A stretch of DNA of 57,020 bases from the NCBI GenBank assembly GCA_013115125.1, contig JABANN010000174.1, positions 1 through 57,020 on the forward strand, in the 5' to 3' direction. This DNA comes from Perkinsus olseni. Taxonomy: Eukaryota. Below, in pieces: positions 12,403-25,735 of the stretch. Each line of letters opens with the position of its first letter. Within the stretch, counting starts at the first letter, position 1. The translations under genes were made by a program, and so were the position numbers. The notes beneath the pieces are model-generated. The model was not told where the DNA came from. It was given only the letters and a program-made list of their open reading frames with translations, and did not search any database.

Positions 12403-13673
12403 ATGATCATGAGCAGAGTAATTCTCCTACCTCTGCTGTCATCCTTGTTCCTCTTCCTCTTCCAAGGCTGTGCCTCCACCCGCTCCAACTTCACCCCGAT
12501 CACGCCGTCGGACTCTCCCTCGAGTACCACTCCTCCCACAACTTATCCGGGAAGTACCACCCCCGGGGACGACTCTCAGGGCCCCTCTACCTCACCGGGC
12601 TCATCGAGCGGTAGCAGTAGTCCGACCACTCGGACGACTCCGACTCCGGACAGTAACGCATCTTTTTACCTGCTACTCCCTTGCTTCAACCTTGGATTCC
12701 CTTAGATACCCCCTATACTTGCGACGCCGCCACTCCTGCTGTTGTGGGAACTTATCGAGGCTCCTTCGAAGGCAGCAGCACTCAAGGCGTGTCACTACAG
12801 TTCGCCCAGCCCAAGAAGATCGGCGTGATGGCTGGTAAGCTCCCCTCCTAAGGCATTACTTGTGTTTTTTAGCTAAGTATAGTTTCCAGTTTATAAAAAA
12901 TCTCATTTTTTACCTAGAGCTCGAAGGCAAGCTAGTATTGTTATATTTGCGCACTATGAGCAAGTCGCATAAAATCTACATCAAGTGCGCGCTGGTGAGA
13001 AAGTCTTTTGAAAGCGATCCTGACAACTTCCGGAGCGTCCTTGGTACTAAAGGGTTTATGATGTGTCGGACGCACGGTATGAACCGGTATGAAAGTCTGT
13101 AGGAAAAGACCCTGACAACTACCGGAGCATCATTGCTGCGGCACAAGGCAAACAAGGAGATCGTCACATCACGTCATATGGCCGCCCAAAAACACGTCTA
13201 ACCCTATGCAGAGTACTCTCACTAGCAACGGGCTGACACGTTCTCATATCCACACTCATAAGGAGTGCATTTTTGGGCACTCTGGGGAGAGATTCAGAAA
13301 TCGCATCGGTCACACCGGTCACAATTGGCACTTAACGCTAGACACGAAAATGTGATTACGATTGTGATCTTCAATTCTGTCATTCGAAAATATTTCATTA
13401 CCATAAATCTATCTTGTATCATGATACTTCCTACCACCCTCCCCTTCAGGTTCCTACGACAGCTCCTCTTTCAGCTACAGCAACATCTACTACGAGTTTG
13501 TATCAGGGCAATCTTGGTTCAGCCTTCGACCCTTCGATGACTCCAACGAGCTGCTCTCCCTCTTCAACCTGCAGAGCATGGACCAGGTCCGGGTATACAT
13601 CAACCATCAGTGTCAACCGATTCGGATCGACTTTGGCAGCACCGCCAGCGCTCCTCTCGCCAAGGAGGTGTAA
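12403..13673 (+). CDS. Small secreted protein, copy 2 (longer S/T/P linker, enlarged intron 2)
   Basis: Near-identical nucleotide copy of 11206-11797 with an expanded Ser/Thr/Pro region and ~590 extra bp in intron 2. Confidence 0.72.
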
Positions 13674-13849
13674 CCGCCATCCTCATCATCATCACGATTC
13701 TCTGTACGATTCCTGCTGTGACTACAGTCGCTCTGTGAAGCATTCATCTTCATCTTCTTCCCCTTAAGGGCCCCTCTGTGAATAGTAGTTCCCACCACAA
13801 GCCTCAGCGTGCTGAGTTCGCCCGACCGGCCGTGTAACAAGGAGAGTGC

Positions 13850-15953
13850 ATGGTAGCCCTAGCGTCTGTGCGGCTCCGACTGAGAAGAAGATACTTCTGG
13901 CTGGTCGTCAGTTTCAATCTTCATGCCCCCGCCGTCCGGTCGAAGTGTCTTGCCGACCTTCCGAGGCACGGCTCTCAAACAGATACCCCACACCTCCACC
14001 AACTCCCACTTCGGGAATCCTTTGACCAAAAATGTAAGTGCCTAGCATCGACCTCGGATACTCACCTCCTCGTCCTCAGTACGTCCATCCGTCGTCCTCG
14101 CCCCAGCCTGGTCCTCCCCCTACCTGGAAGCCTCTCGCTAAGTTCGGCGGCCCTCTGACATCCGAATTGCCACCGCCTTCGACCTTGGATGCCGAGGGGC
14201 TCGGCCACGCCGCCAACACCGCCGCTCGGGACAGAGTCAAGGGCACCTCTCCCTACTGGCAACAGCTGAAGGACAGGGCTCTTGCTATCGCCCCAGCGAT
14301 GGAGCCTAGGGACTGCGCGCTCCTCCTCAACGCCTTCTCCCGAGTCCGGTTGTGTGATCAGCAGTTGTTCGACACTCTGGCGCCCGTGGTCGAGGCCAAG
14401 CTTTTATATTTTACCTCGGTCCACTTGGCGATGGTTTTCAGCGCATACGCCAAAACCGGCGTAAAGATTCAGGTACGTACTGGATGGAATCGGCGTACTG
14501 GACGGATTGTGTTGCTGTTTTTCCAGGAGTCTTTTTTGAGCGCTCTCTCCCGGGAGGTGGGCGCCCGAGTTCACGAGTTTCACAGTCCGGTGGAGATCTG
14601 TATGCTCCTCAACGCGATGACCAAGCTAGGTTTGGTGGACCTAGATCTCTTCACCCGATGGTCCAAGCATGTCCAGGCGAGGATGTCCCAGGAGCCCTTC
14701 CACGTTCGAGATCTTAGCGTCATCGCCAGCGCCCTCGCTAGGGTCATCAAGCATCATACCGTGGCTGAGGGAGATAAGCAGAGAAAGGAAGAGGTCGTAC
14801 AGGAGGGGGCTGAGATTTTTTATGCTTTTTATCGGGGTCGTCGCTCTTGGCGATTTCGGGGAAAGTTGGTATACATTGGAATTTCCGAAAGCGGCGCTTG
14901 ATGCGGAAAAAAATTTCTACGCCGTTCAGGATTCTACGGCGTCGTTGAATGAGGGTCTCGACCCTCTTACTGACACAATGGACCTCATAGCGGGCCGAGC
15001 GTTGGCGACTCTGGGCGAGGCAACCCCGATGGAATTAGCCCGACTGGTGCTGGCCTTCACCAGTGACAGCGGCGGAGTCATCAGCCCTCCGAAGCAGCTG
15101 CTCGAGTCCAGCCTCGAATGCGCACGGGATAAACTCATGTTCATGGCACCCGCGGAGCTGGTAGTAGTATCCAAGGTCGAAGCGCGGCAATGACAGAGGA
15201 GCGTATCTTCAGGTCAACGTGGCGTTCGCATTCGGACAAGTCCGGGAGTCTCTGACGAGCGTCTCGGACATCGCCCTACTCGATGCTTCGATCTTTGAGC
15301 GTCTACGTTTCTCAGCGGTCAGCTCAGCGCCCCTGTTTTTGGCCTCGGAAGTAGCCGGACTGCTTCAAGTGTTCGCACGGTGGAGGATTCCCTTCGGCCA
15401 CAGCGACCTCGCCGTGATGGTGTCCCGGCTCATCGCCACTGCTGACAAGTGCGATGCGGAGGTCGCGTGCAATGCAGCCTACTGTGCATCGATGATCGTG
15501 TTGAACACGGCCAAGTCCCGGGAGATTGGTAGAAATGGGTCCTAGAGCTGAGCTCAACGTCAGCGTCTTTCTTCTCTCAGCTCCCTCAGCGCTGATGGAG
15601 TCCTTGCGGAGATTGCTACACTCGTACTCGCCGCTGATCGTCTCGTCGGCGGCCACACTCGAGCTCAGTACCATCGCCAAGTTCGTGGAGGCGATGTCAA
15701 ATACGGCGCACTCGGATCGAGCTGTGATGGACGCCCTGGCAAGGTAGGGATGGGCGGTAGTTGGCTGTTGGACGGGCGGTATCGGGTTAGGTCTCTGATG
15801 GCATCCCCCGCCAGAGTGGTGGAGTTGGGCCGGTCTAAGCGGACCTGTCATATGCTGATTGAGTCGTTCATCGCTCATGGCTTCGATCCCGAGGAGGATC
15901 TTATGTTGACGCTGAGAGAACAGCGAGAAGGAGGAGGAGCGTCGTCGTCGTAG
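13850..15953 (+). CDS. Helical-repeat (OPR/HPR-like) putative organellar RNA-binding protein (multi-exon)
   Basis: Repeating units MEPRDCALLLNAFSRV, FTSVHLAMVFSAYAK, SPVEICMLLNAMTKL, HVRDLSVIASALAR, TPMELARLVLAF. Basic N-terminus. Start uncertain. Confidence 0.65.
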
Positions 15954-16808
15954 TGGGAAGGGCTGTTTCCGATCTTCATGCCAATCATAAATTTGTTTCC
16001 GTCCTACCATCGGACTTTGCTGGTTGAGTCAATTGTCAATAATTGTCGTTGTGAGCCTCCATTTCGCTCGCCCTCGGTGACCGCCATTGCAGGTAGTGAC
16101 GATGGACTGCCCCTCGGGTACTATGCAGACGGGAAGGGAAGGACTAGGGTGTCAACCGATGTGTTATTGGGGTGGGTTGGAGGAATGTTGAAGCATCTAG
16201 CTACCTGACTGCTACCGCATTGGCCCCTCCTCACTGGCCGTGGACTCGGCAAGTGGTACTGGGTGCACCGAAGAATCTTCCTGGCTTCTCTCGTCTCTGT
16301 GCCTACTTCAAGGGATGGTAGTACTGCTTGCAAGCTTGGCTCTTCCAGTCGGCGTCCGTCTCGGTTTTACTTGAGCTACGCTCCTGTCAACCTTCCTGGG
16401 ATCTTTGATGTGCAGTTGTTGATATCAGCACATTTTGCCGACCTCCATCGCCCTTCATAGCGGCGCCGTCTAGGATGTTCGTAGAGATGGGGCTGCCCTC
16501 TAGAGTCCAAGGAAGCGGCACCGATGCTGTTGGGTTGGGTCAACGGAAATGGTCTTGCAGTGTCATTCTTGGAGCCCGCCATGTACGTCCGAGCGGCTGC
16601 CTTCGACAGCTAAAACGCGATGGAACATCAGCAGCAGCTACTACCAATGAACCCCTTGCCCCTCCCGGCTGAGGGGCCTCTCCCTGAGCTCGGTATGATG
16701 ACGATGATGCAGTTGAGGAGGTGATGCGGTGAGGGAATGGTATCGAGGTGGATATGCTGATGATCAGATTCGCACAGTGCATGCAAATGGAGAAATTGGA
16801 CATTCAGA

Positions 16809-19800
16809 ATGAGTTCGACATTTGCCGGGAAAAGTGAGAAATTTAGTTTGCTGATTGATCGTACGTGACTGAGCTGGGAAAGATACGAAGGAGACGTTGA
16901 GAAATTGGTAGAGAAGATTAGATCGCAAGAAGTCCTGTTGGCCTCTGTGAGGACCTCTGCGGCCAACTCGGCGAGGGAAGTGGAACGAATAACCGCGGAG
17001 AACCGTTCCCTGACTGACCGGGCCCAGGTGGTCGCCTAATGTCTCTGCCTCGCTCGGAGGGGCTCATGCAGGTACTGGAAGCGGAAGTGCGGAGCGTTAA
17101 TGCTGCTAACGAGGAGATGGCGATCGAGATCAAAACCGTCCACGGTGGGGTCTTCTCCTTCTCCTTATCTTGGATGCAGGGTTGGGGCTGTCAGATCTGC
17201 AAAGTCGAGTAGAGCATCTCACTGGCCGTTGCCAAGAATTGGAGGATGAATGTGATTCACTGCGAACGGCGAGGCACTCTGAGGGGGAGCGTTCGAGGCC
17301 TGTAGCGGACCGGACGGTGGTGGTTGACAGGTCGGGTCCATGCGCGTCCGCCAGTATTCATTGCCGTAGTGCTCAGTCCGCCGAAGACGACTGAGGCGAA
17401 GGAGCGTCCTGAGAAGGTGCCTGTTGGTGGGGCGATGGCCAGCCCGGGAGAGATCGAGGAGCTCGTGGGTCTGTTGGAGAAGTCGACCAGTGAGGTGGAG
17501 AGGCTGCAAGACCAAGTCGCGTTGTGGAGGCGACGGGGAGAAGAGGCGGAGAAGGAAGTGGAGAAGTTGAAGTCGGCTGTAGAGGAGCATCATCATTATA
17601 TTGAGGGTAAAAATGATGGGTGCCGGATTTGAACCGGGATTTGCATAGTACAACCACCGTTCGGACGAGATTGAATCCGCGAGGCTAGTTGGTTCAGCTC
17701 GATCATCTCTTCTTTAGATGAGCATTCCCAGCCGAGCTTCACGGCCAGTACCACACCTGAGTCGACAGGAATCTTCATGAACTCGTCGGAGGAGATCGCC
17801 AATGCTTCTTCCAGCTTGCGAGGGTCGATGGACTCCCACACAGCCGAGCGAGCTGAGAACGAGCTGCTCCACTTCCTGCTGGAGGGCGCGGCGAGCTCTC
17901 AAGAAATTGAGTCCATCCGGGAAGAGTTCCTGGCGACGGGGCCGACGGATGCGGCGGGGAGGAGGAAGTGGCCCTCGTCGATGATGACTGAAGTTAGCAG
18001 GCTTCGGTCGACGGTGGAGGCAGCAGAGGCGAATAGAAAAGTACTGCAGGGGAGAGTGAAGGAGCTCGAGGAGGAGTTGTCTGTCGAGAGGAAAGGGAAG
18101 GCGGAACTCGAGGCTCGACTGGAGGCGCTGAGCAGCTCTGATGCAGAGGCGGGGAAGCCGACTCTTCAGACGCAGATTAACGGAGGCGTAGCTACTGTGG
18201 TAGCACCTGTGGCTCGAAAACCAGTGCTCGCTGATATTGGTAGGCGGGCTGGGATTTCCGAGCTTGCCGCTGTGTGGATCGATGTTAGGGACCAGTCCTC
18301 TGAAACACTCGCAGGAGGAGGAGGGACGCCGCTGGGCAGAAGGATGTAGTCAGACTACACCAAGAGAGGGCTCCCCTCACCATCAGTGTCCGAGCGAAAA
18401 AGAACAAGGGGATGGCGATGATGATTGTACTGTTTGCTCTACAGAGGATTTGGCGTCTCTAAAGAGAGAAGTGAGGGAGGGGCAACGGATCGAGGTTGAG
18501 AGTATTTTGCGGTTTCTCTATCAGATTAGGCGGTTGAAGCAGGAAGCTGTGGAGTCGGCCAAGTGCGCTACCAATAAGCTCAGAAGTGCTCGAGACCAGC
18601 TGTCATCTCGGGAGGTGGATTTAGCTCGGGCTCAGCGGGCGGGAGAAATGGCGGGAAAACGGATAGAAAAAATGGAAAATGAATTGCGGGAGGTGACGGA
18701 GAGACTGCGAGAAGAAGCGGCGACTAGCGAGAGGCTCGAGACGAAGCTGAAGCTGATGGTGGCCCAATTGTCCCTGGCGAGGAGCGAAACCTCCGGCTTG
18801 CGAGATGAAGTGGTCCGCCGACGCAAAATGATGGAGAAGATGGACGAAAAGGAATCTAAGGTAGGCGCGTGAGACGCTCGCTGTAATTGATCTTGATGGC
18901 ACAGAATGCCGCCGAGTTGGAAGGGAGAAGTATGGCCTTGGCAGACACTGAGGGGCTGCTGTTGAAGATGGAAGAGCAGACGGCCAATTTGGCTGAGGAC
19001 ACGGAGAGGTTTTTGGAAGAGTAAAGAAGTCTCTACTGCTGCGGCCCTGCTACTCGTCATCAGATACTCCCGAGTGTGTTTGAATGAGGAGCGGGAAAGA
19101 ATGCTGAGTAGCGATCTGTGTGGTCATCTAATCCGTGCTGAGGAGCGTCGGCGGACAGCTGGGGAGGATGCTGCGATGGAGGAAGGGATGGGCAGGGAGC
19201 GGAGGGAGATGATCAGAGAGGACCGGGAGTCAACTTATCGGAGGGAGTATGGTCGGTTGAGGTCGACAGCTGGTGATGATCGGTGGCTCGCGGAAGAGCA
19301 GCTAAGGACGATCAAGGCCCGGGAGGTAATGCTGTCGTCTAGCTGGGAAGGGCGATGACTTCATAACACCTCGAGTGCAACAACGCATTGGGGCGAATTT
19401 ATCTTGTGCCAGGGTGCACAGTCATACCACTCCTTTCGCTTATCATGTTCCCTTTTAATAGGCCGAGCTTGGTAGTCTGCGATTGGAATTGCGTCGTTGT
19501 CGAGAAGAGTTAGCTCAACAACAGCAGCAGGAAGATGTCGTGGTATTTGAGGTGAGACCACCAGGCGGTCACGGGATAGTTTTTCATCGTGTCCACAGCC
19601 CGAGTTGGTCTCTCGACCGTCGTCAACAGAATGGTCGTTTTCACGAGCAACCGACGACTAGCTGGGTGAGCCTCGCCCCCCCCCCTTCCATACTAAATCG
19701 TTGCAGTGCTAAATCGACCATGGCGATTCATGATCATCCAACCCGTCTGTCGCCTTGTTATCGGTTATCGCTCTTCTTGTTATCGGGCATGCTCATGCGG

Positions 19801-22187
19801 CTACTGGAGCTCCCGACTCGGCAGTTCATGCATGAAGACCTTCAGTGGAGGTCCTTCACGATGTTGACATCATCAGCGTGCTTGTGCCCGACGGTCGTAA
19901 CGGGACGAAGAGAGTAAAGTTATGCTCGCATCATTCATAGAGAAGATGGATGTAGAAGATGAGAACCCCGCCATGCGAGAACTTCTGAAAGAAGGCGGGT
20001 CTCTGATAGACGCTGGTGATTCTCTTTTGAGAAACAGAAGCAACCTGATGCAGGGAATGCTGCATTACACTTCTTTCTTCTTACACGTATGCACAAGTGT
20101 TTTTAATAAGAAGATGCAGCACCTCCATTTCAAGCTACAGCGAGGAACTGGCAGATTGCCAGAAAGATGCAAGTATTTGAGCACTGATCAAGGGTCATCT
20201 GATAGTAGTGGTCTACTCTAGACAATATTAGTCAAAATAGGGGACCTCACGGCGACGATGGTGTGCAGTGCGACTCATGCGAGCTATGGTAGCACATCGA
20301 ACAATGCGCTCCGTGGTTTGAGAACGCCATCCATGCTGACACCTAAACACCATGGTACTGCCCTAGCTGTGATGGTATGAAACGCGGCCGGCTGACGGAT
20401 GGCTCGCTGGTTCTCGCTATTTTCGGAGCACAGGCTAGACTTAATACTAGTTTCCGTGAGAACGGTTTGGCTACATTGGGCGAATTGGAATCCTGTTTGA
20501 AGAAAGATGATAATCTACCCGATCGGGCTGGGGACCTGTGGCATGACGAGAACTCTTTGTTGACTGGGCGGTTGATAGGTTATCACTTTTCCACCTCACT
20601 AGCAGTGTTCTCTTTTGGGAAATTTCCTTGCAGTCGGTATTTTTTCTTGGACTATCGGCGGTCATTTATCCCTGGTATTTCATAAAAATCACGAAGTGTC
20701 AGCGTCAAGAACGTTGTCACGCGGTTGGTGGGCCTCTCGAGATGGCACACTATTCGTGAGATTTTGGAGACACTACATGGGATCGGCGCGGATTGCTTCT
20801 CCGTCAGGGTCAATCTAGACTGAGTAGCATCGGAGAAAGTACTGATTTTGGAAGTGAACAAATGGCGGCACTCACCGAGTACGTTGACAGACTGTCAGCG
20901 GAGTGAGTTTGGAACCTCGACCCTTCGGCTGCATTCGTTGCTTGCACCATCAGATACTCCCGAGTGTGTTTGAACGAGGAGCGCGAGAGAATGCTGAGTA
21001 GCGATCTGTCTGCTCACCTAATCCGTGCTGACGAGCGTGGAAGGGGTCTGCAGAGGGCAGCCAGAGATGTTGCTGCCAAGACGGATGCTGTGATGATGAA
21101 GGAGGGGAAGGGCAGAGAGAGGAGGGAGATGATCAGAGAGGACCGGGAAGGGCACCTGCAGGCGCTCGTAGAGGCCCTGGTGGATCTCCAGGCCGCTGGA
21201 GAGATCGGCACAGCCGCTGGCTCGAGCAAAATGTTTTTGACCGTTGGCGTGCAGACCATCCGAGTGGCCCGATGGAACTCGATGGTCCAAGCTTCGCCCC
21301 GCATCACCGATACCGGCGTCCAAACCCGCGTGGAGGTGTCGACGGTGGAGTCGCAAACCAACCCCGTGGGGAGGAAGGGCAGGAGCGTCTCAAGGCTGAC
21401 GCAAACCCATTTCGGTGATGACCATCCGATAGCCGTCCATCCCGTTGATGCCGATCATGAAGCAGCCATACGTGAGGAAGCCATAAGAGAGATGAAGGCG
21501 CATATGGAGGAGCAAGTGAGAATCACCAGGTGTAACGGGCAGGTGAGAGCATCAGCTGCTGACGCTCCCGGGTTGCACGCCTCTCTCAAGGTTCGTCTCC
21601 GAGCGCGGGAGGAATCTTATCGAGCGGAGGTAGAGCGGCTCGGTCGGGAGCATCAGCGTGTTACGGCGGAACTCGAACGTCGCCATGCTGAGGACCTGCG
21701 AGTTCAGCGGCTTCGACTGGAGAGGCAGTGGCAAGTCAGACGGTCGATGGCGGAGATGCCGAAGCGGAAGGAGGATCCGTTGAAGGGCGGCAGAAGGGCG
21801 GCCGTCCCCCAGCCTATAAGGATTGACGAGGAAATGTTTGAAACACCAAGGGAAGAGGTGAGTAGCGAAGATGAGCTTTTACAGACGATACGATTTCGAC
21901 AGCGGCAGGATTCGAACCTGCGCGGGCAGAGCCCAGTGGATTTCTAGTCCACCTCCTTAACCACTCGGACACGCTGTCTGATGCATCGCATCATTCTTTC
22001 TCATGTTCCTACTTGCCTGCCTCAGGTCCACTCATCAGCGCCATTCGCCCCACAGCCGATATTCGACGACCGACCCAGTCCAAACGCCATTCGACGGGCG
22101 AGTGCCGCTCGAGTTGTCGAGTCTGTCCGAACTGGTAGAAGGAGAACCGTCGACAGATCACTCAAATTACCATCCCATGATAATTAA
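16809..22187 (+). CDS. Long coiled-coil protein (multi-exon, contains a duplicated exon; structure uncertain)
   Basis: Series of E/R/K/L-rich plus-strand ORFs (17324, 17777, 18237, 19074, 20964) separated by GT-AG introns. Boundaries approximate. Confidence 0.55.
21897..21978 (-). tRNA. tRNA-Ser(AGA)
   Basis: Reverse complement GACAGCGTGTCCGAGTGGTTAAGGAGGTGGACTAGAAATCCACTGGGCTCTGCCCGCGCAGGTTCGAATCCTGCCGCTGTCG has a perfect 7-bp acceptor stem, anticodon arm GTGGA-CTAGAAA-TCCAC, long variable arm, T-arm GCAGG-TTCGAAT-CCTGC and discriminator G. Confidence 0.96.
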
Positions 22188-22929
22188 CATTAAAAGTATA
22201 CAAGTTGCTGTTATGCCGCTGCCTCATTAGTAATATTTTCACACTAGCAGCTGTTGTGTATTGTTTTGTCCCAGTGCATGGCAACGGAGGATTTCCAGCA
22301 ATTCACTTTGGCCGTTCATTGCAGCTTCGGTCCAACTTGCCATACATTCACTTTCTGGACCACATTTCTCATAGTGGACACCCAGAGTCTGATAACTGTC
22401 AGAACGCCCTCCTTCCATAGCAGGCCAGAAACCTGTGACACATCTCAAGGCTTTCTGAACCTCTCTGTAAGCCCGAGGCCATCTCGTGGGAAGGCGCTAA
22501 TGACCGTTCGTTCAAGCTCGAAGTGAACCTCCCGTTTGAGTTGAAAGTCCAACGCCGACAGCACAGGTTAGACTAGCACTACCGATGTACCTTTCTGTGG
22601 GGGATCAGTTCAACCTGTTGATAGGGTCTTTTCATGAAGGCAGGATTGTTGCTCTCAGAGCGGTAGTAAGACGCCACCGCCAACGACTCTATCACGCACT
22701 TATCGGTGAATCCCTCCCCACCAAGGTGCTCTAGCAGATCGTCGCGTTAATCCTTCACTCGCAAAGAACTCAGAAGGCCCCAGCGTGTATATGAAAGCAT
22801 CAAGAACATCATCATGAGTTCGTGCGTCGATCGGCCAGAGCATATTAACGCCATTCCAGCCTTCTAGGGGGTCATCAGCCGGGAATCTTAGCTCGACCCA
22901 TGAGCATCACAAAATAGGTTCGATCCGCC

Positions 22930-23566
22930 CTACTCGTAATGCCTCCTTATCGGCTTCCCTTCCGTATCCCAAATTTCCGCTAAATTACGGTTTCGGTGAT
23001 GGTGGAAGGTGACTTCATTGGTGGGAATCTGAGGGGCCTCCACTCCCTCAGTCGTCCCCTGACCCCATCCCAACCGGTAGCTTCCATCGCGTCCACCACG
23101 AGCTGGTCTCGTCATCAGGCCGGTCGGTAATATGACAAACATGCGTCTGGTTGGTCCGCAGACTGGCCGGGTCCACCACCACTACCCGCTGGATCTGATA
23201 ACCGTGAATCGGAAGGCCCTGCCCCTCGGGACCCCACCTGCCGCCGATGTATTCTGGAACCCCTGAGTGGCAACGCTCCGACAGGCTTCACCTTCTCCGG
23301 ATTGAGCTTGTCCCATGCAGCCAAGTCACGTTTATAGCCACCTTCCGAAGGCCTAGGAATCTTATGGTCGACTCTGGTCTGATACAAGTGAGGTTCACCA
23401 AAGCACCCTGCCACTACCACCCCACCGTTTCCATATTCTTCACCTGCTCATGCGTCACTTGCGCGCTCTCGTGTGTCTGCTTCGTCATAATATTCATCAG
23501 ATTCTCGATCGGGTTGATCGACAGGAATTCCGTCGGCTGATGGCAGCCCTCCTCGGGCGGCGTCAT
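22930..23566 (-). CDS. Small hypothetical protein (multi-exon)
   Basis: ATG 23566 (MTPPEEGCHQPTEFLSINP...) splices via short GT-AG introns to TRVDHKIPRPSEGGYKRDLAAWD and ...KPIRRHYE*. Confidence 0.55.
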
Positions 23567-23632
23567 CAGTAAAACAGGGAAGCACCTCCCGTCGGCCCTC
23601 CCGTGAACACCAACTACGAAGGCCCGGCAAAA

Positions 23633-25735
23633 TCACACTATGTTCCACAAGCCATCGATAGTCACACCATCACGTAACCTCGCAACGGCCAAGCCGAGCT
23701 GAGGACAATACACCGGCTCCCTGCGGACAGCACGATGACCGCCCGCCGACTGCCCTGCTGCTTCTACCGGTAGCCACCAGGCTCGCCATCAGGGTGGTAG
23801 AGCATGGCAACATCCCCCTCCTGCTCGGCCGCGCCCGCCCGATCCAACAACTTCTCAAACCCGACTTCCTCGTCGATCTCAACATCCTCTTCGAACCGTT
23901 GCAGTGGCGCCGGGGCAGAGAGAAGCTGAGGCTAATTTCGTGGCGCGCGAAATCTCGTGAACCTGAGCTCTCACCTGCCCGGCACCTGACACTACAATCA
24001 GCGCACTCGAAAGGTTTTCAAGATACTCACCTGCTGAGGTCCCTCCCCCACCGATGGGTTCCTCCATCGACACCTCCACTCCGAAAATAGGAGACTAGCC
24101 ACGAAAAAATGGCGGAGCGAAGCAGCCGCCTTTCCGCCCACCTCGACGAACAGTTCGCGCATCTTCAGCACTTGCTGGTGAACTCTTTTGAGCTCCTCCG
24201 GCGGGTCCAGTCGGAAACCGAGGACGTATCCTCCCGCTGGCCACCAGGAACAACGCAAGATCGGTTACAGTCGCGAATGTAGCATAAAAATTCTCAATTT
24301 TGTTTTCACTTCTACCCCATGCCTTGCTGAGTCGCCTAATGACTAGTTGCATGATATCGCGCCGTAGTGATCTATTCTTTCAACCGAGCGCTCGTCTCTT
24401 GCCTCACTACGATCGAGGCTTAGGGAGATAGCACTTCACCCGGATGCGACCTCCCCTACTCACGAACCCCATCCTTTCAGATCTGACCCGAGACCCTCTC
24501 CTCTGTGTAGAATGAATATTCCACATAACGTTCGACTCTCGTCACCGCTACCCCTCCACGGCCTAGTGTCACCAGTCGGATTGACGACTACTTCACACTC
24601 TTTTTGGCACCATTAAGAATGCCAAATGCTGTTGATGCTCAGCCGTTAGATTTCGACTCGACGGAGCGGTTGTGCTGACCTCCTCTGAAAGTATCCATCA
24701 CCAACGCCTTGCCGAACTTCGACTTCTTCAGCGTCACCCCACGCTGAACCAACGGCAATGCACACAGAAAGATAGCCAATGACAATTACAATCTGTATGT
24801 AGGGTATGGAGACGTTGAAGGACTCAGCCAGGGCGGCATACCACACCACCCTCACCTAACCCGAGAAGCAATACTAACACGCTGTCCTCGGCAGAGCGAT
24901 CACATTGGTGATGACCATGGTGCCCAGGTTGCCTTGGTCCGTCGCAAGGTTCCATACTCCCGATATCTTGTCGTACATCTTCTCGTCAGGGAGCAGCACC
25001 AGCTCTTGATCTCTCACTATAGCAGCCCTGATATTCTGTGAATGACACGGGTCAACCTAAGATACCCCTACCTGAGTTTGAGCTCACGGTAGAATCTTGA
25101 GGTATCGTAAGCTTTGTAAACTGATTGAATTGTCGTGAAAATTCGAGGAGAATAGCGGACCAGCGAAGTAAAGATGAACTCGAATCTTTGGCCATTGTAT
25201 CTTACCATGATCAACCTGTCACTGAAAGATACCTATCAGTTCACTTAGTCATGATAAACACCGCCTGGGTGTCGCCCCTCAACTTGCTGTTCACCATTTT
25301 TATGTTGATATTTTGCACGCACCCCCATCCAATAGAAAGGTTCGCTCTGAAAATGACGTATCCGGCGAAAAATCTTCGCGCTGCGCAAAGATACCACCGA
25401 GCTTTTCTCTTGGCAGTTATCCAAATAACCCTGAGATTGGTAACTATCATGACACCTCGATCGCCATTATTTCCCTAAACCAAAAAAATCGACCGAATCG
25501 CCCAAAACCTGCCGCCTCCTCGCCTTAGTGTCTTCAACAGAATTAATCGTATCAATCTCCTGCTCTCCCCTACAAGGGCCGTCCCCTCAGCCACCAAAAG
25601 GCCTATCGTCACCCACCTTCTCAATTTCAAATCACTACTTGACAGATCAAACCGAATCTCAGCGTCCTGCCAAACCCCTCTGGTCGATTCACCAATGGAC
25701 GCGCTGCTCCGCTGACCCATCACCGTGTCCGCCAT
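23633..25735 (-). CDS. BBS5: Bardet-Biedl syndrome 5 protein (BBSome subunit), multi-exon
   Basis: [90 protein letters not shown] and C-terminal [12 protein letters not shown]...DGLWNIV*. Confidence 0.95.

Noticed and set aside
16000-16780. Possible small gene between the helical-repeat and coiled-coil genes
   Set aside because: No consistent exon chain or recognisable product on either strand.
22700-22732. Minus-strand HLGGEGF resembling Hsp70 HLGGEDF
   Set aside because: Only 7 residues; the flanks show no Hsp70 similarity and contain stops.
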